Shown: piece after piece, positions 1 through 9,389 of the stretch
How the letters are laid out: every line of letters begins with the position of its first letter
Numbering within the stretch: position 1 is the stretch's first letter
Position numbers and translations under genes: made by a program
The notes under the pieces: generated by a model
Databases searched by the model: none
What the model saw: only the letters and a program-made list of their open reading frames with translations
What the model was told of the DNA's origin: nothing
Virus record (IMG/VR): IMGVR_UViG_3300021518_000002
Origin: a virus
Reading direction: 5' to 3' (one strand)
Length of the DNA: 44,730 nucleotides

Positions 1-193
1 CAGTGGTGATTGGAACAGTGGTGATTCCAACAGTGGTAATCGCAACAGTGGTGATTGGAACAGTGGTCATTCCAACAGTGGTGATTGGAACAGTGGTGAT
101 TGGAACAGTGGTCATTCCAACAGTGGTCATTCCAACAGTGGTAATCGCAACAGTGGTGATTGGAACAAATCTTCTTTCAATTCAGGTTGCTTC
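1..193 (+). repeat. Tandem 15-nt coding repeats AACAGTGGTNNNNNN (second half of the array)
   Basis: Eleven near-identical 15-nt units run to position 163 (encoding NSGDW, NSGDS, NSGNR, NSGHS), followed by two degenerate units at 164-193. Confidence 0.9.
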
Positions 194-520
194 AATACAG
201 AGCAACATAAGTTGAAATTCTTTGATGAAGAAACTGATATGACATTTGAACAATGGAGAAGATCAGATGCATGTTATCTTCTGAATCAGATTAATTTCAG
301 ACCTACTGAATGGATTTATGAAGAAGATATGACAGATGAAGAAAAGGAACAATACCCTGATTATGAAACAACTGGTGGTTATTTGAAAGAGCGTGATAAT
401 TCAAATGCTGCTATTGAATGGTGGAACGATCTTTCAGAAATTAGAAGAAATATCATCAAGAATATACCAAATTTTGATGCTGATAAATTCTATGAAATTA
501 CTGGAATCAAGGTGATTTAA
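1..520 (+). CDS. 3' part of a wrap-around gene: N-S-G-x-x pentapeptide-like repeat protein, repeat array plus C-terminal domain (continues from 44288..44730)
   Basis: Frame 2 is open from base 2 to the TAA at 518-520. It translates SGDWNSGDSNSGNRNSGDW..., then KFFDEETDMTFEQWRRSD... Window length is divisible by 3, so the final AA plus the first C form an in-frame AAC codon. The TTG start at 212 in the ORF track is a window-edge artefact. Confidence 0.8.
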   Translation, partial: SGDWNSGDSNSGNRNSGDWNSGHSNSGDWNSGDWNSGHSNSGHSNSGNRNSGDWNKSSFNSGCFNTEQHKLKFFDEETDMTFEQWRRSDACYLLNQINFRPTEWIYEEDMTDEEKEQYPDYETTGGYLKERDNSNAAIEWWNDLSEIRRNIIKNIPNFDADKFYEITGIKVI

Positions 521-1866
521 TGATTCAGCTATTCCCCCATCAAGAACAAGCACTGGAACAAACAAAGAATTTTAATAGAGTCGCTTATTACTTGGACATG
601 GGTCTTGGTAAAACATTCGTTGGTTCGGAAAAGATGATACAGCTTGGAACTGACTTGAATATCTTGGTTTGTCAAAAATCATTACTTGACACATGGATTG
701 ATCACTTGAAAAAGTATTATCCAAATTATGAAGTCATTGATATGACGGTTCAAGCTTCATCTAAATATTACTTGGATAATAAAGACCAATTTGAAAAATG
801 CATCCTGGTTGTTAATTATGATTTGTTGTTCAGAAGAAAGTTCTTTCTTCACCTGGAACATTACACTTTGATGCTTGATGAAAGTTCAATGGTTCAAAAT
901 GAATCAGCAAAAAGAACCAAATTTATTCTTCAAATGAAACCTGATAATGTGATTCTTCTTTCAGGAACACCAACATCAGGTAAGTATGAAAATCTTTGGT
1001 CACAGATTCATCTTCTTGGTTGGAAGATAAGCAAAGACCTTTATAACAAACAATATGTGAATTGGAAGAAGATTGAAGTCGGTGGTTTTCCTATGAAAAT
1101 AGTGGACAAGGATGAACCTTATAAAAATGTCGATAGGTTGAAGCAAAAGATGCGTGATCATGGAGCAATATTCATGAAAACAGATGAATGCTTTGAACTT
1201 CCTGAACAAACGTTCATTCCAATTGATATTAGCACTACTAGGGAATACTGGAAGTTCCAAAAGAATTCACTCATCACTTTTGATACTTTGAACCTTACTG
1301 AATTCAAGGATGACAGTGATTACTATGGAACGGATGTAACACCAAGGGTTGAATTAATCGGTGATACGACATTAACCAAGCGTTTGTATTCAAGGATGCT
1401 TTGCGGTCATTACAACTGGAATAAGATAAAGGCTTTTGAAGATTTGGTTTCCAGTACAAATGATAGATTGATAGTTTTTTATAACTTCAATGAAGAATTG
1501 CAATCTTTGAAGAAAATTGCAGAAAAATTTAAAAGACCTATTTCAGAAGTAAATGGACAAACGAAAGACCTTGCAAACTATGAAACAGAAGATAATTCTA
1601 TTACTTTCATTCAATATCAGGCAGGTGCAATGGGATTAAATCTTCAAAAGGCGAACAAAATTATTTATTTCACTTTGACGGAAAAAAGTGAACTCTTTGA
1701 ACAATCCAAGAAGCGGATTCACAGAATCGGTCAAAGTAAACCTTGTTTCTACTATTTGATGGTATGCAAGGGAAGCGTGGAAGAAGATATTCTTCAAACT
1801 TTGGAAATGCGGAAAGATTACACTGATGAATTATTTATTGATTATGAAAGGAAGGTTGAAAAATGA
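520..1866 (+). CDS. SNF2/RAD54-family helicase
   Basis: The ATG overlaps the previous stop (TAATG) and AAGGTGA lies upstream. Motifs: GLGKT (Walker A), LDESS (motif II), SGTP, QAGAMGLNLQ, HRIGQ. Confidence 0.9.
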   Translation: MIQLFPHQEQALEQTKNFNRVAYYLDMGLGKTFVGSEKMIQLGTDLNILVCQKSLLDTWIDHLKKYYPNYEVIDMTVQASSKYYLDNKDQFEKCILVVNYDLLFRRKFFLHLEHYTLMLDESSMVQNESAKRTKFILQMKPDNVILLSGTPTSGKYENLWSQIHLLGWKISKDLYNKQYVNWKKIEVGGFPMKIVDKDEPYKNVDRLKQKMRDHGAIFMKTDECFELPEQTFIPIDISTTREYWKFQKNSLITFDTLNLTEFKDDSDYYGTDVTPRVELIGDTTLTKRLYSRMLCGHYNWNKIKAFEDLVSSTNDRLIVFYNFNEELQSLKKIAEKFKRPISEVNGQTKDLANYETEDNSITFIQYQAGAMGLNLQKANKIIYFTLTEKSELFEQSKKRIHRIGQSKPCFYYLMVCKGSVEEDILQTLEMRKDYTDELFIDYERKVEK

Positions 1867-2186
1867 GTAACCAAACAGAAGTTCAAGTTTTTGAAAATCA
1901 TTATTTACAAGTATTTAAACAACTGTCAGAAATCACAAAAACAAAAAAGCAATTGGACGAACAAGAAAAAAAGGTTAAAGCAGACCTTGAAAAAGCAATG
2001 GACGAACATGAAATTAAATCCATTGATAATCAGTTCTTGAAGATTACTAGGGTTGCAGCTTCTTCATCAACTTCCATTGACTTAAAAGCACTGGAAGAAA
2101 AAGAACCTAAATTGCATCAGGAATTACTTGAAGATTACCCAAAGGTTACAAATCGAAAAGCATATTTAACCTTCAAGGTGAAGTAA
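1863..2186 (+). CDS. Hypothetical coiled-coil protein of the replication module
   Basis: ATGA start/stop overlap with the helicase gene gives tight operon packing. No motif recognised. Confidence 0.6.
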   Translation: MSNQTEVQVFENHYLQVFKQLSEITKTKKQLDEQEKKVKADLEKAMDEHEIKSIDNQFLKITRVAASSSTSIDLKALEEKEPKLHQELLEDYPKVTNRKAYLTFKVK

Positions 2187-2602
2187 TGGCAGCAGAAAAA
2201 CAATTTGAAGGAAAAATAAAGAAATACCTTCATTCTATCGGGGTTTACCAGGCAGGTACACCATCACATCAAATGCATACTGATCAGATAGGATGGTTCA
2301 CTAAGATTTGGGGTGGAGGTTATCAGAAAAGCGGTATTCCTGACTTAATCCTTTGCGTGAATGGCTTCTTCATTACAGTGGAGATAAAAGCACCTAATGG
2401 GAAAGCTTCCGCACTTCAAAAGATGAATACAGCACGAATTAATAAGTCAAACGGAATTAGCATGATTCTTTACCCTGATGGATTTGAAAACTTCAAAAAG
2501 ATAATGGAAGGGGTGATAGGGTGCAGTTCTCACATTCAAGAGTTGACCTTCATAAAAAATGCTCATTCAGGTACAAGCTGCGATATATTGACAAGTTATT
2601 GA
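2186..2602 (+). CDS. VRR-NUC domain nuclease
   Basis: TAATG coupling to the upstream gene. GIPDLIL ... VEIKAPNGK matches the D..ExK core of VRR-NUC / PD-(D/E)XK enzymes. Confidence 0.75.
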   Translation: MAAEKQFEGKIKKYLHSIGVYQAGTPSHQMHTDQIGWFTKIWGGGYQKSGIPDLILCVNGFFITVEIKAPNGKASALQKMNTARINKSNGISMILYPDGFENFKKIMEGVIGCSSHIQELTFIKNAHSGTSCDILTSY

Positions 2603-4395
2603 CCTTACCACCTGATAATGCAGATCATCCTTTAATCATTGGAACAGCAATGCATACAGGTCTTGAAAAGGGTGTTGAAGTAGCAGTCAAAGAATATCTT
2701 ATGTCTTATCCAATTATTACTGATAGGCATATTGAAGAAGTCATGAAATTAAGGAATGTCATACCAAAGGCAGCAAAAATGATTCCACAAGGTGAATTTG
2801 AAGTGAAGATTGAAGATGAAGATTTCATTGGATATATTGACCTTCTTGCACCTGCAACAGTATTTGAACGTGAAGTGGAAGTTCCAAATCAGTATGACCT
2901 TTATGACTTTAAATATTCCAATAATGTTTCGAATTATAAAAAGTCACAACAGCTTCATTTGTATAAATACTTTTGGGAAAAACAGAATCCAGGTAAGACC
3001 ATCAGGGATATGTACTTTCTGTTTGTTCCTAAAACAAGTATTCGACAAAAGAAAACAGAAGATTTATTCCAGTTCAGACAAAGACTTGAAAGCGAATTGG
3101 ACAAGCTTGAACCAAAACTGGTCAAGATTGAATATGATCCTTCAATGGTCATTGAATACATGCTTGATGTTAAAAGTGTACTGGAAGCAACTGAATTCCC
3201 TAAAAATGAAAGTTACCTTTGTAACTTTTGCGAATACCAAAAATATTGCGTTGAAGGAGAAGATTATATGTTATTACCTAAAAATGAAAGACGTAACATT
3301 GAAAAAATTGATAAGAAAGTTATTTGGATGTATGGTTCACCATTCAGTGGAAAAACAACCTTTGCAAATAATTTCCCTGATCCATTAATGCTGAATACAG
3401 ATGGAAACATTAAGTTTGTAGATGCACCTTATATTTCCATCAAAGACCAGGTTTCTGTTGAAGGTCGAATGACAAAAAGAACACTTGCATGGGCAGCATT
3501 CAAGGATGTAATAGCAGAACTTGAAAAGAAACAAAATGACTTCAAAACTATCATTGTTGACCTACTTGAAGATACCTATGAATATTGCAGATTGTACATG
3601 TATGACCAAATGGGAATCACGCATGAATCAGATGATAGTTTCAGAGCTTGGGATAAAGTGAGAACTGAATTTCTATCAACCTTGAAAAAACTGATGAACC
3701 TGGACTATGAAAATATCATTCTCATTTCACATGAAGATTTGTCCAAGGACATTACTAAAAAAGGCGGTGACAAGATCACTGCAATCAAACCCAACCTACA
3801 AGAAAAAACAGCAAATAAAGTTGCAGGTATGGTGGATATTGTTGCAAGGGTTATTGCTGATGGTGAGGTTAGAACCCTTTCATTCAAAACAAATGAAGTT
3901 GTTTTTGGTGGTGGAAGATTAACAACATCCATCAATGAAATTCCACTTGATTATGATGAATTCCTAATTGTTTATGAAGAAGCAAATAAAAATGCAGTTG
4001 AAAAAATGAAAGGTAAATCAACTAAAACTGAAAAGGGTGCTGATTCAGCTTCAACTAAGTCCACTGGTGGGCGAAAAGGTAGAACCAAGAAGGAAACATC
4101 CCAAAAGGATGAAGAACCTTCTACAAGTGAAAATGAAGCTTCTGATAGTGATGTTGAACCAACCAAAGAACCTGTTAATGAAGCTGATCAAGTAGAAGAA
4201 ACTGAATCAGATGAAGAAAATGTACAAGAAGATATTCAAGAAGATGACCTTCCTGAAGAAATGCAGGAAGAAGAAAAACCAAAAACAAGAACTCGTTCAA
4301 GAAAGTCCAGGGATGAAGTGAAGGAAGAAACTTCTGCTGAACCTGAACAACAGGAAGAAGCACCAAAAAGAACGAGAAGAAAAAGAGGTGAATAA
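2521..4395 (+). CDS. Fusion protein: Cas4/RecB-like PD-(D/E)XK exonuclease with Cys cluster, Sak4-like AAA_24 ATPase, and a long E/K/S-rich disordered tail
   Basis: GTG start behind GGAAGGGGTGA. N-terminal FSHSRV...C, then IDLL, DFK and QLHLY nuclease motifs and CNFCEYQKYC (C-x2-C-x5-C). Then GSPFSGKTT Walker A, IIVDLLED Walker B and ILISHE. The last ~130 aa are low complexity. Confidence 0.8.
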   Translation: MQFSHSRVDLHKKCSFRYKLRYIDKLLTLPPDNADHPLIIGTAMHTGLEKGVEVAVKEYLMSYPIITDRHIEEVMKLRNVIPKAAKMIPQGEFEVKIEDEDFIGYIDLLAPATVFEREVEVPNQYDLYDFKYSNNVSNYKKSQQLHLYKYFWEKQNPGKTIRDMYFLFVPKTSIRQKKTEDLFQFRQRLESELDKLEPKLVKIEYDPSMVIEYMLDVKSVLEATEFPKNESYLCNFCEYQKYCVEGEDYMLLPKNERRNIEKIDKKVIWMYGSPFSGKTTFANNFPDPLMLNTDGNIKFVDAPYISIKDQVSVEGRMTKRTLAWAAFKDVIAELEKKQNDFKTIIVDLLEDTYEYCRLYMYDQMGITHESDDSFRAWDKVRTEFLSTLKKLMNLDYENIILISHEDLSKDITKKGGDKITAIKPNLQEKTANKVAGMVDIVARVIADGEVRTLSFKTNEVVFGGGRLTTSINEIPLDYDEFLIVYEEANKNAVEKMKGKSTKTEKGADSASTKSTGGRKGRTKKETSQKDEEPSTSENEASDSDVEPTKEPVNEADQVEETESDEENVQEDIQEDDLPEEMQEEEKPKTRTRSRKSRDEVKEETSAEPEQQEEAPKRTRRKRGE

Positions 4396-4397
4396 TA

Positions 4398-4733
4398 ATG
4401 AATACTGAATTGATCGCTAAAATTTGTCACAACGTCAATAAGGCATATTGTGAAAGTCAAAATGATTTCTCACAGCCAACTTGGGAAGATGCACCTGAAT
4501 GGCAAAAATCCAGTGCAATTAATGGTGTTCAGTACCATTTAGAAAATGATGTTACACCTGAAATGTCACATGAAAACTGGTTGAAACAGAAACTTGAAGA
4601 AGGATGGGTTTATGGTAAAGAAAAGAACCCTGAATTGAAAACACACCCTTGCATCAAAAGATATGATGAACTTCCAAAGTTCCAACGGGTAAAGGATGCT
4701 TTATTCAAGGCAGTTGTAGATTCATTTAAGTAA
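4398..4733 (+). CDS. RyR-domain-like protein
   Basis: HENWLKQKLEEGWVYGKEKNPELKTHPCIKRYDELP resembles the phage/bacterial RyR repeat signature (HE.W...GW.YG....K.HP.L..Y.EL). Confidence 0.55.
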   Translation: MNTELIAKICHNVNKAYCESQNDFSQPTWEDAPEWQKSSAINGVQYHLENDVTPEMSHENWLKQKLEEGWVYGKEKNPELKTHPCIKRYDELPKFQRVKDALFKAVVDSFK

Positions 4734-4745
4734 TATTCATTCAAT

Positions 4746-4780
4746 GTTCACTTATTCAATTCATTTTTGAATAAGTGAAC
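4746..4780 (+). terminator. Perfect 14-bp stem hairpin (terminator-like)
   Basis: GTTCACTTATTCAA (4746-4759) pairs with TTGAATAAGTGAAC (4767-4780). An A-run, not a T-run, follows on the + strand, so terminator function is uncertain. Confidence 0.4.
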
Positions 4781-4825
4781 TAAAATAAAAAATTCAAAAA
4801 ACTGAAAGGTAAAAGGTGAATTAAC

Positions 4826-5281
4826 ATGGCAAATATTTGGGATAAATTTGATAACGCAATTGATACAGAAGGTCTTGCAGGTGATGTAAAAGAAGCAGCG
4901 GAAAATGGAACTGGTAGTTTCAAAGAAGTTCCACATGGTGAATATGAAGTTTCAGTCAACAAAATGGAATTAGTTGCTTCCAAAAAAGGTGATCCAATGG
5001 TTTCAATTTGGTTCAAAGTTGTTAGCGGTGATTTTAAGGGCAGCTTGATTTTCTTCAATCAGGTAATCACACAAGGCTTCCAAATTCACATTGTAAATGA
5101 ACTGCTTAGATCAATGGACACTGAACAAAATATTGAATTCCAAACGTACAAGCAGTACGGAAACCTATTGATGGATGTTATGGAAGAAATTGATGGTGAA
5201 CTTGAATTTGGTCTGAAATATGCAAAAGGTAAAAAGGATTTCAGCACATACGAAATTACTGATGTTTTTGAAATTGCTTAA
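4826..5281 (+). CDS. DUF669-like protein (putative ssDNA-binding partner of the Sak4-type ATPase)
   Basis: RBS AAAAGGTGA. PHGEYEVSVNKMELVASKKGDPMVSIWFKV is typical of DUF669 proteins that accompany AAA_24 genes. Confidence 0.55.
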   Translation: MANIWDKFDNAIDTEGLAGDVKEAAENGTGSFKEVPHGEYEVSVNKMELVASKKGDPMVSIWFKVVSGDFKGSLIFFNQVITQGFQIHIVNELLRSMDTEQNIEFQTYKQYGNLLMDVMEEIDGELEFGLKYAKGKKDFSTYEITDVFEIA

Positions 5282-5290
5282 TTAAAAATT

Positions 5291-5318
5291 GAAGGGAAGT
5301 ATTACACTTCCCTTCTTC
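5291..5318 (+). terminator. Hairpin after the DUF669-like gene
   Basis: GAAGGGAAGT (5291-5300) pairs with ACTTCCCTTC (5306-5315), followed by TTC; the T tract is weak. Confidence 0.4.
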
Positions 5319-5341
5319 ATAAAAGCATTGGAGGGAATAAA

Positions 5342-5734
5342 ATGGATGCTTTAGATGAACTTTTGAAAGTAAAAAAGGCTGAAATAAAAGTCTTGAAGGT
5401 TAGTCTTAAAAAACTAATAAAAGAAAAAGCAGATGTTCAATATATCAATAAGGTTGAACGTCAAATTAATTCACTTGAATGGTATGTTCATAGATTTAGA
5501 AAGGCTGCAATGCATCCAGTCAAGATTGATGGAATTGTCATTAATTTTAAATTGTATGAACGCTTCATCAAAAAGTTAAAGGGATTTAACATTTCCCAAG
5601 AAGTGAAAGACGGTCAGTTAGTCATTAACTATTCAAACAAGGTCAGTAAAGGAATGCTAACACTTGAAGATATAACAAGTCATTTCCCTGATGTTAGCAA
5701 GATTCAGGATGGTGAACTTTATGCTGTTTTATGA
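5342..5734 (+). CDS. Hypothetical protein
   Basis: RBS GGAGGGAATAAA before the ATG. 130-aa ORF in operon context with no recognised motif. Confidence 0.6.
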   Translation: MDALDELLKVKKAEIKVLKVSLKKLIKEKADVQYINKVERQINSLEWYVHRFRKAAMHPVKIDGIVINFKLYERFIKKLKGFNISQEVKDGQLVINYSNKVSKGMLTLEDITSHFPDVSKIQDGELYAVL

Positions 5735-7451
5735 CTTTGAGGTTTTTAAAGAAAATTGGATGGTTGTCATTATTGACATGATGAAGAAAAAAGAACATGT
5801 CATCATTAATGATCCTGATGAACTGGAAAGAGTTCATAAAGAAAATGTGAATGAAATATGGGTTGGTTTTAATTCCAGGCATTATGACCAATATATTTTC
5901 AAAGGTATTCTTTGTGGATTTGACCCTAAAAAAATAAATGATTACATCATTGTTAAAGGTAATCCAGGATGGAAATTTTCTTCATTACTTCGGAATGTGA
6001 AACTAATAAACTATGATGTTATGACCAACATTGATAGAGGATTAAAAACCTTTGAAGGGTTCATGGGGAATGACATAAGGGAATCAAGTGTTCCTTTCGA
6101 TATTGATAGAAAATTAACTGAAAAAGAGATTGAAGAAACGGTCAAATATTGTAGACATGATGTGCAACAAACAGTTGAAGTGTTCCTGGAACGGAAAGAT
6201 GACTTTGAAGCACACATGGGTTTAGTGAAAATTGCATGTGAAGGAAAACCATTGGACTTATTTCTTTTATCTAAAACGAAAGTTCAACTATCATCCATCA
6301 TACTAGATGCAAATAAAGTGGATCGTAACGATGAATTTAATATTGATTTTCCTTCCACAATGAAAATTGAAAAATATAAAGAAGTGGTTGACTGGTATGC
6401 CAACCCTGAAAACAGAAAATACAATATCAATCCTGATGATAAAAAGTCAAAGAAGAATCAACTGGATATTATGGTTGCAGGTGTTCCGCATGTCTTTGGA
6501 TGGGGCGGTGTTCATGGAGCAATAGACAAATATCATGGTGAAGGTTATTACCTGAACATGGATGTTGCTTCCCTATATCCATCACTGATGATTCAGTATG
6601 ATCTTGGTAGTAGAAATATGAAAGACCAAAAGAAATATGAAGAAATTTATCATCAACGATTGAAATATAAAGTAGAAAAGAACCCTTTAGATTTACCATT
6701 GAAACTTGTTCTGAATGGTACATATGGGGCAATGAAGGACAAAAACAATCAGTTGTTTGACCCAAGACAAGCAAATAGGGTTTGTGTATATGGTCAATTA
6801 TTATTGCTTGATTTAGTCGAAAAGCTTGAACCACATTGTCAGATTATCCAATCCAATACGGATGGTGTACTGATAAAAATGAACCGTTATGAAGATTATG
6901 ATTTGATTGATGATATTGCTTATGAGTGGGAACAAAGAACAGGCCTTGTTCTTGAATTTGAAGAATTCAGAAGGGTTTTCCAAAAGGATGTAAACAATTA
7001 TATTGTCATTGATGCAGACGGAAAATACAAATCCAAGGGTGGATATGTAAAGAAACTAAACAACTTGGATTATGACCTTCCAATTCTAAATAAGGCACTA
7101 ATCAATTATATGGTTCATGATATTCCAGTTGAACAAACGGTAAATCAATGCAATGAATTGAAAGAATTCCAACTGGTTTCAAAGATAAGCGGAAAATATA
7201 CAACCATTCTTCATGGTGATCAAGAAGTATTTGAAAAATGCATTAGAATATTTGCTTCAAAATTGGAATCTGATAAAGGTGTTGTAAAAGTTCATGCTAC
7301 AACGGGTAGACCTGCAAAAATACCTAATTCCCCTGAAAATTGCTTCATTTACAATGATGAAGTGAATGGGGTTAAAGTACCAAAGAAGTTGGATAAACAA
7401 TGGTACATTAATTTTGCATTGAAAAGATTGACTGATTTCGGTGTGGTGTAA
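5721..7451 (+). CDS. Compact family-B DNA polymerase with 3'-5' exonuclease domain
   Basis: Exo motifs: YDFEVF (DxE), NSRHYDQYIF, YCRHD. Polymerase motifs: DVASLYPSLM (DxxSLYPS), KLVLNGTYG (KxxxNxxYG), SNTDGV (xxDTDx-like). Start moved to the ATG at 5721 (MLFYDFE) behind AGGATGGTGA. Confidence 0.8.
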   Translation: MLFYDFEVFKENWMVVIIDMMKKKEHVIINDPDELERVHKENVNEIWVGFNSRHYDQYIFKGILCGFDPKKINDYIIVKGNPGWKFSSLLRNVKLINYDVMTNIDRGLKTFEGFMGNDIRESSVPFDIDRKLTEKEIEETVKYCRHDVQQTVEVFLERKDDFEAHMGLVKIACEGKPLDLFLLSKTKVQLSSIILDANKVDRNDEFNIDFPSTMKIEKYKEVVDWYANPENRKYNINPDDKKSKKNQLDIMVAGVPHVFGWGGVHGAIDKYHGEGYYLNMDVASLYPSLMIQYDLGSRNMKDQKKYEEIYHQRLKYKVEKNPLDLPLKLVLNGTYGAMKDKNNQLFDPRQANRVCVYGQLLLLDLVEKLEPHCQIIQSNTDGVLIKMNRYEDYDLIDDIAYEWEQRTGLVLEFEEFRRVFQKDVNNYIVIDADGKYKSKGGYVKKLNNLDYDLPILNKALINYMVHDIPVEQTVNQCNELKEFQLVSKISGKYTTILHGDQEVFEKCIRIFASKLESDKGVVKVHATTGRPAKIPNSPENCFIYNDEVNGVKVPKKLDKQWYINFALKRLTDFGVV

Positions 7452-7492
7452 AACCAGTAGAAAAAACATAGTAGACAGGCGGTGATTGAGAA

Positions 7493-9376
7493 TTGTTTTT
7501 CAAAGGATATGTTGAAACCAAAAATAAAAAATGCATAGAGGAATTTAAAGGTAGAACGGATTTAAAATCCTATGAACAAGTGCAATCACTGCCTGAATTT
7601 GCTGGAATATTAGCAACAGACACTATTCTGATTGACGTTGATGACTTTGAACAAAGTGAAATATTGTTCAAAATTGTTCAAGATATGCAGCTTCAATGTA
7701 GAGTGTATGAAACTACTAGGGGGAAGCACTTTCTGTTCAAAAATGAAGGTGTGGAACGGAATAGAACTAAGGCATCACTTGCACTTGGCATTAAATCAGA
7801 CATTAAACTTGGGAAAAGAAACTCTTATTCCATTTTAAAGTTTAAAAATAAAGAAAGAACCATTCTTTATGATGCTGTTGAGGGTGAAGATCCACAAGAA
7901 CTTCCAAAATGGTTGTTTCCTATAAAGACAAGTATGGATTTCCTGGATATGAATGCAGGTGACGGAAGAAATCAGGCATTGTTCAACTACATTTTAACTT
8001 TACAATCCAATGATTTTTCAGTGGATGAATCTAGGGAAACCATCCGATTAATAAATGAATATGTATTAAAAGAACCGTTATCAGAAGATGAAATTGAAGT
8101 GATCCTTAGGGATGATGCTTTCTCAAAGCCTATCTTTTTCAAGGGAAATACCTTCCTTTTCGATAAGTTTGCAGTGTTTTTAAAAAACAATCACCACATT
8201 ATAAGGATTAATAATCAGCTTCATTTATACAAAGATGGAATTTATGTAAGTGGACAGGCTGAAATTGAAGCTGAAATGATACGACATATTCCCCAATTGA
8301 ATAGAGCAAAAAGGGCAGAAGTCCTGGCATACCTGGACATATTAATTCGTGAAAATACACCTGCAACAGATGCAAATTGGATTGCCTTTAGGAATGGATT
8401 ATTAAATATTCATGATGATACCTTTATTCCATTTTCGCATGAACATATTATCACCAATAAAATTGATTGGGATTATAACCCTAATGCCTATTCAAAATTA
8501 ACTGATGATACTTTGAACAGAATTGCAGTTCATGATGAAAAAATAAGAATGTTGCTTGAAGAAATGGTTGGTTATACCATGTTCAGAAGAAATGAATTGG
8601 GTAAAGCATTCATTTTAACTGGTTCGGGTAGTAACGGAAAATCAACATTCCTGAATATGCTGAAAACCATGCTTGGAAGAAGAAATGTTTCGGCACTTGA
8701 TTTGAAAAAGTTAAATGATCGGTTCAGTACAGTCATGATTTTTGGAAAGCTTGCAAACATTGGTGACGATATTTCAGATGAATTTATTACGGATGCAGCA
8801 GACTTCAAAAAAATAGTTACTGGTGAAACCATAGATGCTGAACAAAAAGGTCAACCAAAGTTTGAATTTGAACCATATGTGAAACTATTATTTTCAGCAA
8901 ACAATATTCCTAGAATCGGGAAAGGAAGGGATTCATCAGCCATATTAAGAAGGCTGATAATCGTTCCATTCAATGCAAAGTTTAGTTCCAGTGATCCTGA
9001 TTATGTACCGTTCATTGGTGACAAGTTAAGAACACAGGAATCTATTGAATATCTTGTTCAACTTGGTATTCAAGGGTTAAAAAGAGTTCTTATTTCAAGA
9101 CAGTTCACTGAAAGTGAACAAGTTCAAAAAGAACTTGAAGAATATGAAGAAAACAACAATCCTATTCTTGGATTCTTTAAAGAGATTGATAAGGATGAAA
9201 TTGAAAATGAACCTACTAATCTAGTTTATAGAAAATATCAAGAATATTGTTTAGCTAATAGTTTACAAGCAATGTCCAACATTGTTTTCTCTAAAGAGGT
9301 TAAGAAGCACTTTAAATTTACAATTGTAGATAAAAGGGTTAATGGAAAAAAATCAAGGGTTTTTGTTTCAGAGTAA
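7493..9376 (+). CDS. Primase-helicase (prim-pol-like N-terminus plus D5/P4-type NTPase C-terminus)
   Basis: TTG start behind GGCGGTGA. The N-terminus has acidic D.D-type prim-pol character (ILIDVDD). The C-terminus has the Walker A GSGSNGKST, LANIGDD and IIVPF, as in phage/plasmid P4-family primases. Confidence 0.8.
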   Translation: MFFKGYVETKNKKCIEEFKGRTDLKSYEQVQSLPEFAGILATDTILIDVDDFEQSEILFKIVQDMQLQCRVYETTRGKHFLFKNEGVERNRTKASLALGIKSDIKLGKRNSYSILKFKNKERTILYDAVEGEDPQELPKWLFPIKTSMDFLDMNAGDGRNQALFNYILTLQSNDFSVDESRETIRLINEYVLKEPLSEDEIEVILRDDAFSKPIFFKGNTFLFDKFAVFLKNNHHIIRINNQLHLYKDGIYVSGQAEIEAEMIRHIPQLNRAKRAEVLAYLDILIRENTPATDANWIAFRNGLLNIHDDTFIPFSHEHIITNKIDWDYNPNAYSKLTDDTLNRIAVHDEKIRMLLEEMVGYTMFRRNELGKAFILTGSGSNGKSTFLNMLKTMLGRRNVSALDLKKLNDRFSTVMIFGKLANIGDDISDEFITDAADFKKIVTGETIDAEQKGQPKFEFEPYVKLLFSANNIPRIGKGRDSSAILRRLIIVPFNAKFSSSDPDYVPFIGDKLRTQESIEYLVQLGIQGLKRVLISRQFTESEQVQKELEEYEENNNPILGFFKEIDKDEIENEPTNLVYRKYQEYCLANSLQAMSNIVFSKEVKKHFKFTIVDKRVNGKKSRVFVSE

Positions 9377-9389
9377 AGGAGTGGATTAA

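Noticed and set aside
3-215. Track ORF translating as MVIGTVVIPTVVIATVV...
   Set aside because: This is an off-frame reading of the 15-nt tandem repeats. Frame 2 (SGDWNSG...) is continuous with a conserved N-terminal domain at 44288 and a C-terminal domain ending at 520, so frame 3 is an artefact.
2810-3388. 192-aa alternative-frame plus-strand ORF inside the nuclease-ATPase gene
   Set aside because: It is entirely nested in a gene with clear catalytic motifs, its translation is low-complexity and aromatic-rich, and it has no RBS.
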